Part shown: piece after piece, positions 47,863-58,024 of the stretch
Numbering within the stretch: position 1 is the stretch's first letter
Layout: the number at the start of each line of letters is the position of its first letter
DNA from: Acidobacteriota bacterium
Lineage (GTDB): Bacteria; Acidobacteriota; UBA4820; DSQY01
Length of the DNA: 64,000 nucleotides
Reading direction: 5' to 3'
NCBI GenBank assembly: GCA_049967655.1
Contig: JBMFSH010000006.1
Span: 57,791-121,790 of the forward strand
The notes under the pieces: model-generated
What the model was told of the DNA's origin: nothing
Seen by the model: the letters and a program-made list of their open reading frames with translations, nothing else
The model's database searches: none
Translations under genes and position numbers: made by a program

Positions 47863-48795
47863 TCAAGCCCCTTCCCGGCGGGCCTGCGGCGGAGACCCAG
47901 CACCCGTCGGGCCGGCCAGACCCGCCAGCTCTTGCTGGAAGAGCTGCCACTGCCGGGCATCAAGGCTGGCCGCCGCCGGATCCAGGCCGTTGTTGGGCGG
48001 GTCCGCCACGGCGGCGCGAACGAGGGCATCCAGATCGCTTTGCCAATTGGGGACCTGGGCCAGGACGCGCGCCGCTCGGCCCGGATCCTTCACGAGCCGC
48101 CTGACGAGCCGCGCCCCTTGGCTGTCGTCATCGGGCGGAGGCATGGGGATGGCGGGGGGCTGCTTGTAGTCGGCCGCCATGTGCTTCATGACCGTCGGGA
48201 CCGCCACCTTGTTGGGCGTCTCGCTCCCCTTGGAGAGGTTGAACTCCTTGTCCAGCGCCGCGATCTGCTGCGGCGTGTCCTTGCCGTGGTCGAAGTGGCC
48301 GAGGGACTGCACGTAGTGGGCCAGGGCGAAGCGGTCCATGGGCGTCAGGGTGTCGTAGGAGGCCATGCCCGTCCCAGCCACCCCTTTCGAGAGGGTTCGG
48401 TAGATGTCGGCGATGGTGTAGCCGTTGGTCCAGCCGTTGGGGCTCGTGAAATTGCGCGGTTTCGGATTGAAGGCCACGGCGGCCGGCCCGTTTCCCTGGC
48501 CCGCCGGGCCGTGGCAGGCCACGCAGTTGGCCTGGAAGAGCTTCTCTCCCTGGGCCACCGCATTGGGCGTGGATTGGAAGGCGTCGTCCAGGTCTATCCC
48601 GGGTTTCTGGTTGCCCTTCACGGTGGGAAAGATCGTGGGGTCCGAGGGGACCGCCGTGGCCTCCCTCCACTCCTTTTGCTGCTTGGAGATGAGGCCGCCC
48701 TTGGGCAGGAGCATGAAACCGAGGATCGCATAGAGGCCGGCCAGCACGAGGACCAGCGCTACCACGGAAAGGGCCTGCTGCTGCTTCTTGTTCAT
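47863..48795 (-). CDS. Membrane-anchored monoheme cytochrome c
   Basis: N-terminal TM, G..LF..NCVACHG, PRNFT, G..GT.M.S. Confidence 0.85.
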   Translation of the reverse strand: MNKKQQQALSVVALVLVLAGLYAILGFMLLPKGGLISKQQKEWREATAVPSDPTIFPTVKGNQKPGIDLDDAFQSTPNAVAQGEKLFQANCVACHGPAGQGNGPAAVAFNPKPRNFTSPNGWTNGYTIADIYRTLSKGVAGTGMASYDTLTPMDRFALAHYVQSLGHFDHGKDTPQQIAALDKEFNLSKGSETPNKVAVPTVMKHMAADYKQPPAIPMPPPDDDSQGARLVRRLVKDPGRAARVLAQVPNWQSDLDALVRAAVADPPNNGLDPAAASLDARQWQLFQQELAGLAGPTGAGSPPQARREGA

Positions 48796-48811
48796 CGGTC
48801 GCGCCTTTCGC

Positions 48812-49963
48812 TCAAAGCCTGAATTCCAGCCCCTCTTGCAGGAAGGGGTCGCCCACCGGAGTGTCCTCGCCCTTGGCCATGGCGGCGCGGGCGGCGAGCA
48901 CGCCCAGCGGCAGGAAGAGGAGGGCGAAGGAGAGTTCGGGCCACCCCAGCCGGACCTTCGCACCCACCGCCGGGAAGATGAGCCAGTAGAGGTCGATCAG
49001 CATGAAGGCCAGGAGCCAGAGCGAGACCCACCGCAGGCGCTTGGGACTGGTCTTGGCCTTCCGGCTCACGAGAGCGATGAACGGGACGAAGAAGTGGCCG
49101 ATGCCCAGGATGAGCGACAGCGCCAGCCAGCCCCCGGTGGTTCGCTGCTTGAACCAGAAGACCTCCTCCGGCATGTCCCCGTACCACATGAGCATGTACT
49201 GGGCGAAGGCGATGTAGCCCCAGAAGACCGTGAAGGCGAAGAGAAAGCCGCCGAGGTTGTAGAGATGGTCCTTCGTGATCCCGGGCAGCCGCCCGCGGTT
49301 GTAAAGGTACAGCGTGCCCAGCGTGGTGGCGGCGAGCCCCGACAGGAAGGTCCCCGCGAAGAGGTAGACGCCGAAGATGTCGCTGTACCAGACGGGCTCC
49401 AGGCTGGAGATCCAGTCGAAGGCCACCGTGGTCAGCGTGAGGGCGAAGATGGCCAGCACCAGGGGCGCGTAGCGCCGAAGGCGAACGGTGATCATGGGGT
49501 CCCTGCTTCGGTCCTGCTCGAAGGAGCGCTTCACCACGAGCCGGTAGGCGATGAACCAGAGAGCCACGCAGGCCAGGGTCCGAAGGATGAAAAACGGGGT
49601 ATTGAGCCACGCGGATTTGAGCACGACCGCCGGCACCGACGCGCCCTCGGGCTTTGCCCACGGATAGAGCACGGGCAGGCACAGGAGGGCAGCCAGCACC
49701 AGGGGCGTGACCCACAGGGCCAGGCTGGAGAGGCGTTCGGGCACGCGCCTGAGGGGGACGCTCCAGATGGACTGGACCTGGTGCTCCAGGGCCACGATGA
49801 AGAGGCAGCCCAGGCCCACGGTAATGCCGAAGACCATCCAGACGAGCCAGTTCGCCCAGAAGCGCGCCGGCCCCTCGACGAAGTAGGTGGCCGCCGCTCC
49901 CGCCAAGCCCACGGCGGAAAGAAGGAGGAGGCTTCTGACCGTGGTCCCGCTTCCGCTGCTCAT
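48812..49963 (-). CDS. actF: Alternative complex III subunit F
   Basis: WSVPLRR..E, WLN.PFF.LR, DWI.SL...WYS.IFG, W.Y..F.QY.L.WY...PEE. Confidence 0.88.
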   Translation of the reverse strand: MSSGSGTTVRSLLLLSAVGLAGAAATYFVEGPARFWANWLVWMVFGITVGLGCLFIVALEHQVQSIWSVPLRRVPERLSSLALWVTPLVLAALLCLPVLYPWAKPEGASVPAVVLKSAWLNTPFFILRTLACVALWFIAYRLVVKRSFEQDRSRDPMITVRLRRYAPLVLAIFALTLTTVAFDWISSLEPVWYSDIFGVYLFAGTFLSGLAATTLGTLYLYNRGRLPGITKDHLYNLGGFLFAFTVFWGYIAFAQYMLMWYGDMPEEVFWFKQRTTGGWLALSLILGIGHFFVPFIALVSRKAKTSPKRLRWVSLWLLAFMLIDLYWLIFPAVGAKVRLGWPELSFALLFLPLGVLAARAAMAKGEDTPVGDPFLQEGLEFRL

Positions 49964-51090
49964 CGCACATCCTCCGGCTCTGCGTGCTGGGAGCGCTGCA
50001 AGGCCCTGACGTAATCCACGATGGCCCACCGGTCGCTGGCCGAGAGGTCCGCGGCGTAGCTGGGCATGGCTCCCTTTCCCTTGGCAATGACGTAGTAGAT
50101 GTAGCCGTCGGGCGCCTCGCGGTAGGTGGAGGCCTGGAGGTTGGCCGGCTTGGCCGTGTAGGCCGAGGTCAGCCACGGCTTGCCCGTCCCCAGGCGGTCG
50201 TGGCAGACGGCGCAGTGGTTGTTGAACAGCTCCCGCCCCCTGTGAAGGACTTCGGACGTCATCGGCAGTGGATTGATCAGCTCTTTGCCGGCCTCCTCCG
50301 GGCTCTTGGCCAGCAGCGGCATGTACCCCCGGGCCACGGTGCCGACGGGGGGCAGCTGCATGCCGTGGCCGTCCGCGAAGAAGGAGTCCGCCTTTTGCGC
50401 ATCGAGCCTGGGCTGCACCTCCATGTGGACCATGGGCGGAAGGGTCGGGTAGATCTTGATGGCCCAGGCCGTGCCGAAGCCCGTCACCACGCAGGCGGCG
50501 GTGATGCCCGAGAGGGTCTTGAGCCACCAGCCCAGGCTGGGAGGCGTCGAATCGGGGGCCGCCAGCACCTCCACCTCGGAGCCGCCCGTTTCCAGGAGCG
50601 CCGCGCTCGCCGCCTCCACGTCCAGCACCCCCTCCACCGGCATGATGAGGAGGCCGAACCTGTCCTTGGTGGTCCCGCGGATGGCCTTGGAACCCAGGAT
50701 GGGACTGCCGAAGAAGGGAAGCTTGTTGAAGAGGAAGAGCATGGCCAGCCCGGCGGTGAAGGTGGCGAAGAGCACAGTCACCTCGAACATGACCGGGACG
50801 AAGGCCTGCCAGGAGTTGAAGGGCTTGCCGCCGATCACCAGCGGGTAGTCCACGGCGCTCGTCCACCACTCGAAGAGGAAGCCGCTCACGGCCCCCAAGA
50901 CGGCCATGATGAAGACCAGCGTGCCCAGCCGCGATTTCTTCAGGCCCAGCGCCGCCTCCAGCCCGTGGACGGGGAAAGGCGTGTAGGCCTCCAGGTTGGA
51001 GAAGCCCCTGGCCTTGACCCCGGGGATCGCGTCCAGGAGGGCCTGCGCGGTGGGATAGAGGGCGAGGACTCCGAAGGTCGCCTCAGGCAT
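49960..51090 (-). CDS. actDE: Alternative complex III fused subunits D (DUF3341) and E (cytochrome c)
   Basis: YTPFPVHG, YP..IGGKP, FE.TVLF, then FFADG.GM..P..GTVARG and CAVCH. Confidence 0.88.
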   Translation of the reverse strand: MPEATFGVLALYPTAQALLDAIPGVKARGFSNLEAYTPFPVHGLEAALGLKKSRLGTLVFIMAVLGAVSGFLFEWWTSAVDYPLVIGGKPFNSWQAFVPVMFEVTVLFATFTAGLAMLFLFNKLPFFGSPILGSKAIRGTTKDRFGLLIMPVEGVLDVEAASAALLETGGSEVEVLAAPDSTPPSLGWWLKTLSGITAACVVTGFGTAWAIKIYPTLPPMVHMEVQPRLDAQKADSFFADGHGMQLPPVGTVARGYMPLLAKSPEEAGKELINPLPMTSEVLHRGRELFNNHCAVCHDRLGTGKPWLTSAYTAKPANLQASTYREAPDGYIYYVIAKGKGAMPSYAADLSASDRWAIVDYVRALQRSQHAEPEDVR

Positions 51091-52471
51091 GGCCCACCTC
51101 CGCTGCGTGTTTGGGCTGGGCGTGGGGCACGTCCGTCTTCACCTCGCTCGTGGCGATGACGGGCAGCACGCGTGCGAAGAGCAGCACCAGCGTGAAGAAG
51201 AGGCCGAAAGAGCCCAGCAGGATTCCGAAGTCCACCAGGGTGGGGATGAACACCCCCCACGACGAGGGCAGGAAGCTGCGGTGGAGCGAGAGGATGATGA
51301 TGGTGTACCGCTCGAACCACATGCCCACCGTCACGCACGCCGAAACGAACAACATCACGGGGAAGGAGCGCCTGAACCGGGGCACCCAGAGGAGCTGGGG
51401 AATGATCACGTTGCAGGTGATGGTGATCCATCCCGCCCACCACTGGTCGCCGAAGACGTAGTTGTAGAAGGTGTAGCGGATGTAGGTGTTGGAGCTGTAC
51501 CAGGCCGTGAAGCCCTCCATCAGGTAGGAGTAGCCCATCAGGCAGGACATGGTGAGGATCATCTTGTTCATCATGTCCATGTGGGTCATGGTGATGAGGT
51601 TCTCCATGTGCATGGTCTTGCGCACCACGGAGAGCACCAGCACCACCATGGCGAAGCCCGCGAAGATGGCCCCTGCCACGAAGTAGGGCGGGAAGATGGT
51701 CATGTGCCAGCCGGGCACCAGGGAGACGGCGAAGTCGAAGGAGACCACGCTGTGCACGCTCAGCACGAGGCCGGTGGCCAGGCCCGCCAGCAGGAGGTAG
51801 GCCTTCTCGTAGTGGAGCCAATTCCTCGCGGAGCCCACCCACCCGAGGCTGAGGATCCGATAGATGCCCTTGCGCAGCCCACTCGTGGTCCGCTCGCGCA
51901 TGGAGGCCAGATCGGGCATGAGTCCCAGGTACCAGAAGAGCAGCGACACGCTGAAGTAGGTGCTGACGGCGAAGACGTCCCAGACCAGCGGGGAGCGGAA
52001 GTTGATCCAGAGGTCCCGCACGTTGGGATAGGGAAAGAGCCAGTAAGCGAACCAGGGCCTGCCCACGTGGATCAGGGGGAAGATGCCCGCGCAGCAGAGG
52101 GCGAAGATGGTCATGGCCTCAGCCGCCCTGGAGATGGCGTTGCGCCAGCGCTTCCTGAACATGAAGAGGATGGCCGAGATGAGGGTCCCGGCGTGGCCGA
52201 TCCCCACCCAGAAGACGAAGTTGATGATGGGGAAGCCCCATGCCACGGGGACGTTGTTGCCCAGCGCCCCGATGCCCTCGTAGACGAGATAGCCAATGCA
52301 CCCGAATCCCATGAGCATAATGAGGCTCGTGATGGTGATGGCGATGAACCATCCTCGGCCCGGCTTGGTCTCCGGCCACGCCAGGACCTGGTCGTCGAGG
52401 CTGCCGACGGTGACGGGCCCCTCCATCAGCGGCTGGTGACGGATCGCCTCGGGAAGCAGCGCCTCAGGCAT
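51083..52471 (-). CDS. actC: Alternative complex III subunit C (NrfD/polysulfide reductase family)
   Basis: NFVFWVGIGHAGTLISAIL, H.GRPW, NFRSPL.WDVFAVSTY, VLSVHS.VS.DFA, GMW.ER. Confidence 0.93.
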   Translation of the reverse strand: MPEALLPEAIRHQPLMEGPVTVGSLDDQVLAWPETKPGRGWFIAITITSLIMLMGFGCIGYLVYEGIGALGNNVPVAWGFPIINFVFWVGIGHAGTLISAILFMFRKRWRNAISRAAEAMTIFALCCAGIFPLIHVGRPWFAYWLFPYPNVRDLWINFRSPLVWDVFAVSTYFSVSLLFWYLGLMPDLASMRERTTSGLRKGIYRILSLGWVGSARNWLHYEKAYLLLAGLATGLVLSVHSVVSFDFAVSLVPGWHMTIFPPYFVAGAIFAGFAMVVLVLSVVRKTMHMENLITMTHMDMMNKMILTMSCLMGYSYLMEGFTAWYSSNTYIRYTFYNYVFGDQWWAGWITITCNVIIPQLLWVPRFRRSFPVMLFVSACVTVGMWFERYTIIILSLHRSFLPSSWGVFIPTLVDFGILLGSFGLFFTLVLLFARVLPVIATSEVKTDVPHAQPKHAAEVGHA

Positions 52472-55400
52472 CCTTGTCCTCCCCTGGTAGGGCGGGGTTC
52501 TTGAGCTCGGCCATGTAGGTGACGGCCGGCCGCGTGCCCAGCTCCTCCAGAACCTTGAAGCGGCGGTCGCTGCGTGAGAGGTGGGCCACCCGGCTGCTCT
52601 TATCGTTGAGGTCGCCGAAGACGATGGCGCTCGCGGGGCAGGCCGCCTGACAGGCCGGCACGATCTCCCCGTCGCGGAGCGGGCGGTGCTCGTCCTCTGC
52701 TACGCGCCTGCCGTTGACGATGCGCTGCACGCAGAAGGTGCACTTCTCCATGACGCCCCGGGGCCTCACCGTGACCTCGGGATTGAAGGCCAGGTCCAGC
52801 GGGTCCTTGATGAAGCTCGTGTAGTCCAGGAAGTTGAAGCGGCGCACCTTGTAGGGGCAGTTGTTGGAGCAGTACCTCGTGCCGACGCAGCGGTTGTAGA
52901 CCATCTGGTTCAGGCCGTCGGGGCTGTGGGTCGTGGCCGCCACGGGGCAGACGTTCTCGCAGGGGGCGTCGTCGCACTGCTGGCAGAGCATGGGCTGGTG
53001 GACCACCCTCGGGTTACCCGCGTCTCCTTCGTAGTACTTGTCAATCCGGATCCACTGCATCTCCCGCCCCCTCGAAACCTGCTCGGGACCCACCACGGGG
53101 ATGTTGTTCTCGGACTGGCAGGCGATGACGCAGCCGTTGCACCCCACGCAAGCCGACATGTCGATGGCCATGCCCCACTTCTCTCCCGTGTAGGGATGGC
53201 CCTTGTAGAGGGTGACCTCCTGCTCGCTCTGCGGGCGTGCGGCCTCCTTCTTGTACTCGTCGAGGTCCCACAGCCTGACGATGTCGCGGCCCTCCAGGGA
53301 GAAGTGTTTTTGAGTTCTGTACAGCTCGCGATGGCCTCTCGTGGGCATCACGGCCGCATCCGTGCGAAGGAACGGGGAGCCTCCGGAGGCCATGAGGGGG
53401 AAGGCGTTAACGCCTATTCCCGCTGCGACCCGCCCCTCCGTGTGCCCGTACCCCAGGGGAAGGGTGACCACTCCCCGGGCCTGGCCCGGCTGGACCAGCG
53501 CGGGCACCTCCAGGCTCTTGCCACCCACCTCGATGCGCAGCAGATCTCCATCCTGCACGGTCAGCCTGTGGGCATCAGCCGCCGAGATCAGCGCGGCGCA
53601 ACCCCAGGTGAGGTCCGTAACGGGGTCGGGCAATTCCTGGAGCCAGCCGATGTTGGCGTAGCGCCCATCCCACAGCTTCAGGTCGCGCACGAGCAGGAGG
53701 TCCATGCCCTGGCCCGCTGGCACCTTGGCCCTGTCCAGCGCTTCGACCAGCGCCGCTCCCTTGGGCTGGCGGGGCGCCCTCGGCTCGACGTCGAGCCTGA
53801 GCACGCCGTCGTGCACCGCCGCGTTCCAGTAGGCCTCGAAGGGCACGGGCGATCCGGCCGGATAGACCTCCCTCCGCCATCTCCCCATGACGTAGAGCCT
53901 GTAGTCCGTCTCCACCGGCGCGCCCAAGGCCTTGGCCCATCGCAGCAGAACCTCCTCCGCCTGACGGGTCTGGTAGAGCGGGCGGATGAGGGGTTGCTGA
54001 AGGCTGAGCAGGTCCGTTCCCGCCTCGAAGTCCCCCCAGGACTCCATCCAGTGATTCACGGGGAGGACCACCTGGCAGCTCCTGGCCGTTTCGTCTTCCC
54101 GGAGGCCCAGCCGCACCCTGAGGGGCACGCGGGAGAGGCCCCGGACGAAGGAGTCCGCGTCCGGATGGTCGTAGGCCGGATTCGCACCCCACACGATGGC
54201 CGCGGCGTACACACCGGAGGCGAGGTCCTTGGCGAGAGTGGCCATGTCCTCGGGGGCGGCCAGCCGCACTGGCGCGGGCGCGAAACCGGCGTCCACGGTG
54301 CTGCCCTCGGCGCCCACCATGGCGTTGAGCAGCGAGACGGCGGCGTGCGCCTCGTAGGGCAGGCTCGGCCCGGCCACCACGAGTGCCGCCGGACCGGCCT
54401 TGGCGAGATCGTCCACCATGATTCCGAGGAGGCGGAGGTCAAGCCCTTGCGCCCTGGCCACCTCATTGAGCGCGAAGGGCGCCAGGGTGCTCGCCGCCAG
54501 CCCGTCCGGAAGGGCCAGGTGGTGGCGCTCGTGGAGCTCCAGCGCCAGTGCGAAAGCCACCGCGGCCGCCGCGGAGGGACGCATGGGAAGGCGGTGGTCC
54601 GCCTTCGTGCCCGTGAGCGTCAGCGAGCCCTCCAAGGCGTAGAGCCGGTTCATCGGCTCCGTCGGCGAGGAGATGCGCCGGTTAGCGGCGAAGCCCCGGA
54701 TGGCCGGGACGGCCTGGTCTACCGTACCCAGCAGGTCCGCCTCCAGCGTCACGATCACCTTGGCCTTCTCCAGGTGGTAACGGGGGCAGAGGGCCTCCCC
54801 GAAGACGGCCTGGGCCGCCGCACGCCCCGCATGGTCCGCCGCGGGCTCCCACGCGACGTGCCGCAGCGTGGGCAAGACCGATTTCAGGTCGCTCAGGACC
54901 GCCCGCTGGCTCGGGGAGATCACGGCGGGCGTCAGGAGGAGGACGGCCTTGCCGCCCGCGGCGGCCGCCTTCAGGACGTCAACCACTCGCCCGTCCACCG
55001 CGGCCCAGTCGGCGGGGTGTCCGTCCATCAAGGGCTGCCTGAGCCGGTCCGGGTCGTAGAGGCCGATCACCTCCGCCATGACGCGCGGCGAGGTCTTGCC
55101 CTCGAAGAGGGGGTGCTCGTCGTTACCGTCGATGTGAATGGGCCTGCCCTCGCGGGTCTTGACCAGCACGCCGTAGGGCACGAGCCCCTCCTGCACGGTG
55201 CTGGCGTAGTAGTTGGCCACGCCGGGGATCACCTCAGGCGGCTTCCTGGTGTAGGGAACGATGGTGTCGCCTTCGGGTGCGTGGCAGGCGGCCGTGGCGG
55301 CGAGGGCCGCCGAGGCCCCCATGAGGCCCAGGAAGCGCCGCCTGGCCATGGGCTCCCTGGGCGGCTCCATGGGCGTGAGACCGTTCGGGCTCTCCGTGCC

Positions 55401-55490
55401 GTGCCCCCCCTCCGGGGCCACCGCCGTGGCCTTTGGGGGGAGGACCTTCCAGAAGGCCCGCCGCTTTTCGTCCCTCTTCTCGTTAGCCAC
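52464..55490 (-). CDS. actB: Alternative complex III subunit B (molybdopterin-oxidoreductase-like plus Fe-S domain)
   Basis: Tat motif RRRFL, REGRP..I.GN..HP, WLQELPDP, CVGCNGC..ACQ.EN, CQQC..APCE.VCP, RCVGTRYC.NNCPY, EKCTFC. Confidence 0.94.
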   Translation of the reverse strand: MANEKRDEKRRAFWKVLPPKATAVAPEGGHGTESPNGLTPMEPPREPMARRRFLGLMGASAALAATAACHAPEGDTIVPYTRKPPEVIPGVANYYASTVQEGLVPYGVLVKTREGRPIHIDGNDEHPLFEGKTSPRVMAEVIGLYDPDRLRQPLMDGHPADWAAVDGRVVDVLKAAAAGGKAVLLLTPAVISPSQRAVLSDLKSVLPTLRHVAWEPAADHAGRAAAQAVFGEALCPRYHLEKAKVIVTLEADLLGTVDQAVPAIRGFAANRRISSPTEPMNRLYALEGSLTLTGTKADHRLPMRPSAAAAVAFALALELHERHHLALPDGLAASTLAPFALNEVARAQGLDLRLLGIMVDDLAKAGPAALVVAGPSLPYEAHAAVSLLNAMVGAEGSTVDAGFAPAPVRLAAPEDMATLAKDLASGVYAAAIVWGANPAYDHPDADSFVRGLSRVPLRVRLGLREDETARSCQVVLPVNHWMESWGDFEAGTDLLSLQQPLIRPLYQTRQAEEVLLRWAKALGAPVETDYRLYVMGRWRREVYPAGSPVPFEAYWNAAVHDGVLRLDVEPRAPRQPKGAALVEALDRAKVPAGQGMDLLLVRDLKLWDGRYANIGWLQELPDPVTDLTWGCAALISAADAHRLTVQDGDLLRIEVGGKSLEVPALVQPGQARGVVTLPLGYGHTEGRVAAGIGVNAFPLMASGGSPFLRTDAAVMPTRGHRELYRTQKHFSLEGRDIVRLWDLDEYKKEAARPQSEQEVTLYKGHPYTGEKWGMAIDMSACVGCNGCVIACQSENNIPVVGPEQVSRGREMQWIRIDKYYEGDAGNPRVVHQPMLCQQCDDAPCENVCPVAATTHSPDGLNQMVYNRCVGTRYCSNNCPYKVRRFNFLDYTSFIKDPLDLAFNPEVTVRPRGVMEKCTFCVQRIVNGRRVAEDEHRPLRDGEIVPACQAACPASAIVFGDLNDKSSRVAHLSRSDRRFKVLEELGTRPAVTYMAELKNPALPGEDKDA

Positions 55491-55692
55491 GGCGCTTCAC
55501 CGAATGGAGCGGGCCGGCCACCCGCCTCGAAGGCAGCGAGCCCCTCTGAGCGGCTTCCTCGCGGGCGCCGGCCGACGTGACCGGGCGGGAGGACACCCCA
55601 CCCCGCCCCCAGAACCTGCGCCCCAGGGCGAGGTTCCCCAGGAAGGCCGCGAGCATTGCTGCCAGGACCTTTCGACGACTCGTACCGGTCAT
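55483..55692 (-). CDS. Small twin-arginine-motif ORF between actA and actB
   Basis: AGGAG RBS, MTGTSRRKVLAAMLAAFLGNLALG...; stop overlaps the actB start; alternative ATG at 55728 overlaps the actA stop. Confidence 0.45.
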   Translation of the reverse strand: MTGTSRRKVLAAMLAAFLGNLALGRRFWGRGGVSSRPVTSAGAREEAAQRGSLPSRRVAGPLHSVKRRG

Positions 55693-55724
55693 GGATACTC
55701 TCCTCTGCATCCTTGCCTCGGCTC

Positions 55725-56288
55725 TCATCGGTGACAGGCGTTGCAGTTGGTGGGTCCGGCCTGGATCGGCGAGCCCGGCGGGAGATAGCGCCTCGGGTCC
55801 CGGTGGCAGGCCAGGCAGTGGCCCATCCGCATGTTCATGACGCGCCTTACCCGGTCCATGTCCTGGACGTCGCCGTGGCAGCTCTGGCAGGCGATGCCGG
55901 AGTTCACGTGCGGCCGGTGGTCGAAATAGACGTGGTCGGGGAGTTCGTAGATCCGCTTCCAGAGCAGCGGCTTGTTGGACTTGTAGATGGCCGCGATCTC
56001 CTTGATGTACACGTTGTCGGTCTTGGCATAGCGATGGCAGTTCATGCAGGTCTGGACCGCCGGAACGGTGGCGTGCCGGGAGCGCGTCGCGTTCGTATGG
56101 CAGTAGAGACAGGGGATCCTCATTTGTCCGGCGTGAAGGCGGTGAGAGAAGGGAATGGGCTGCTTCGGGGCATAGCCGAGAACGAATCGGTCCGGCTCCG
56201 CTACCCATCCCACCGTGATCATGGTGATAAGGACGGCCGTTGCGCCGATGGGAATCGCGAAGCGGAACAGACGGTCTAGCGGATGCAT
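55725..56288 (-). CDS. actA: Alternative complex III subunit A, pentaheme cytochrome c
   Basis: GY.P.QPIPFSH..HAG; five CxxCH motifs (CLYCH, CMNCH, CQSCH, CLACH, CNACH). Confidence 0.93.
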   Translation of the reverse strand: MHPLDRLFRFAIPIGATAVLITMITVGWVAEPDRFVLGYAPKQPIPFSHRLHAGQMRIPCLYCHTNATRSRHATVPAVQTCMNCHRYAKTDNVYIKEIAAIYKSNKPLLWKRIYELPDHVYFDHRPHVNSGIACQSCHGDVQDMDRVRRVMNMRMGHCLACHRDPRRYLPPGSPIQAGPTNCNACHR

Positions 56289-56564
56289 GAACCTCCTCCC
56301 AATGGGGCCGCACAACTCTTCGCTCTGCTTGGTTCCATCACGGCCTACTATCCCACAAGACTAGAGTGAGATGGAATGTGGACGCGCCTCATCCATCCAA
56401 ATCTTCTCGTGTAACCGGGCCCCGTTTTGGATTATTCCCCGCCGCCGCGAATCTCCATGAGGCACTCACGGCGCCAGGCGGCCCTCAGGCCGAAGCAAGA
56501 AGGAAGCGCTCGCCGCGCCAGGTACGGCGGGGCGCTCGGCCTGAGCCGGCGCCGGGGCCCGTCG

Positions 56565-57860
56565 TTACGGATAGAGCCGGTAGAGCATGCGCGGATAGGG
56601 AATGGTCTCCCGGACGTGGTTCAGCCCGCAGAGCCAGGCCACCGTCCGTTCGAGGCCGATGCCGAAGCCGCCGTGCTTCACGGTGCCGTACCTGCGGATG
56701 TCCAGGTACCACTGGAAGGCCTCTACCGGGAGGCCGTGCTCCTGGATGCGCGAGAGGAGCAGGTCGTGGTCGTGGATGCGCTCGGAGCCGCCGATGATCT
56801 CGCCGTAGCCCTCGGGGGCCAGCACGTCCACGCAGAGGGCGAGGCTCGGATCTTCGGGGTCGGGCTCCATGTAGAAGGCCTTCACCGCCGCCGGGTAGCG
56901 GTGGACCATGATGGGCCGGTCGTACTGCTGGGTGAGGATGGTCTCGTCGTCGCCGCCGAAGTCGTCGCCGTACTTCAGGTCGCTGCCCAGCTCGTGGAGC
57001 TGCCGCACGGCGTCCTTGTACTGCACGCGGGGGAAGGGCTTCTGGACCTTCTCCAGCTTGCTCGTGTCCCGCTCCAGGATCTTCATCTCCTCGGGGCAGC
57101 GGTCCAGGATCCGCGAGACGACGCTGACGAGGAAGTCCTCCGAAAGGGCCATCACGTCGTCGAGTCCGGCGAAGGCCACCTCCGGTTCGAGCATCCAGAA
57201 CTCCATGAGGTGCCGGCGCGTCTTGCTCTTCTCGGCCCGGAAGGTGGGGCCGAAGCAGTAGACCTTCCCCAGCGCCATGCAGGCGGGCTCGAGGTAAAGC
57301 TGGCCGGACTGGCTGAGATAGGCCTTCTCGCCGAAATAGTCGGTCTCGAAGAGCGTGGTCGTCCCCTCGCAGGCCGCCGGCGTCAGGATGGGGCTATCGA
57401 TGAGGGTGAAGCCTCCTTGGTAGAAGTAGTCCCGGAAGGCCTGTTCGATCTCGGAGCGCACCCGCAGGATGGCTACCTGGCGGGAGGAGCGCAGCCAGAG
57501 GTGGCGGTTCTCCATGAGGAAGCCCGTGCCGTGCTCCTTCTTGCCGATGGGATACTCCTCGGCCATGTGGTGCAGGACCAGGCCGGAGAGGGAGAGCTCC
57601 ACCCCGCCGGGCGCCCGCTGGTCGAGCCGCACCGTGCCCTCCACCGTGACGGAGGACTCCAGGGTCACGCGCTCCATGAGGTCGAAGACCTCGGGCGGCA
57701 CATCCCGGACGAAGGCCACGCACTGGAGGTAGCCCGAGCCGTCCCGCAGAATCAGGAACCGGACCTTGCCGGAGGAGCGCTTGTTGTAGACCCAGCCGTC
57801 GAGGGTCACCTTCTCCCCGTCGTGGGCCGCCAGTTCCTTCACGGTGAGCTTGTGCAGCAT
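56565..57860 (-). CDS. asnS: Asparagine-tRNA ligase
   Basis: GWV...[48 protein letters not shown]. Confidence 0.95.
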   Translation of the reverse strand: MLHKLTVKELAAHDGEKVTLDGWVYNKRSSGKVRFLILRDGSGYLQCVAFVRDVPPEVFDLMERVTLESSVTVEGTVRLDQRAPGGVELSLSGLVLHHMAEEYPIGKKEHGTGFLMENRHLWLRSSRQVAILRVRSEIEQAFRDYFYQGGFTLIDSPILTPAACEGTTTLFETDYFGEKAYLSQSGQLYLEPACMALGKVYCFGPTFRAEKSKTRRHLMEFWMLEPEVAFAGLDDVMALSEDFLVSVVSRILDRCPEEMKILERDTSKLEKVQKPFPRVQYKDAVRQLHELGSDLKYGDDFGGDDETILTQQYDRPIMVHRYPAAVKAFYMEPDPEDPSLALCVDVLAPEGYGEIIGGSERIHDHDLLLSRIQEHGLPVEAFQWYLDIRRYGTVKHGGFGIGLERTVAWLCGLNHVRETIPYPRMLYRLYP

Positions 57861-58024
57861 GGGGCATCTCCTGACCGAGGGCTGGAATTATAGACAATTC
57901 GGGGCTTCCGGACAATAGGGACAGGCTGGAATCGCGAATGGCAAGATCCGGGAGGCGCCGGGGCGGGCCTCCGGCCCACCGACAACGCCCGGCCGCTTCC
58001 CGCCCCGCGCCACTCCTGCCCGGC

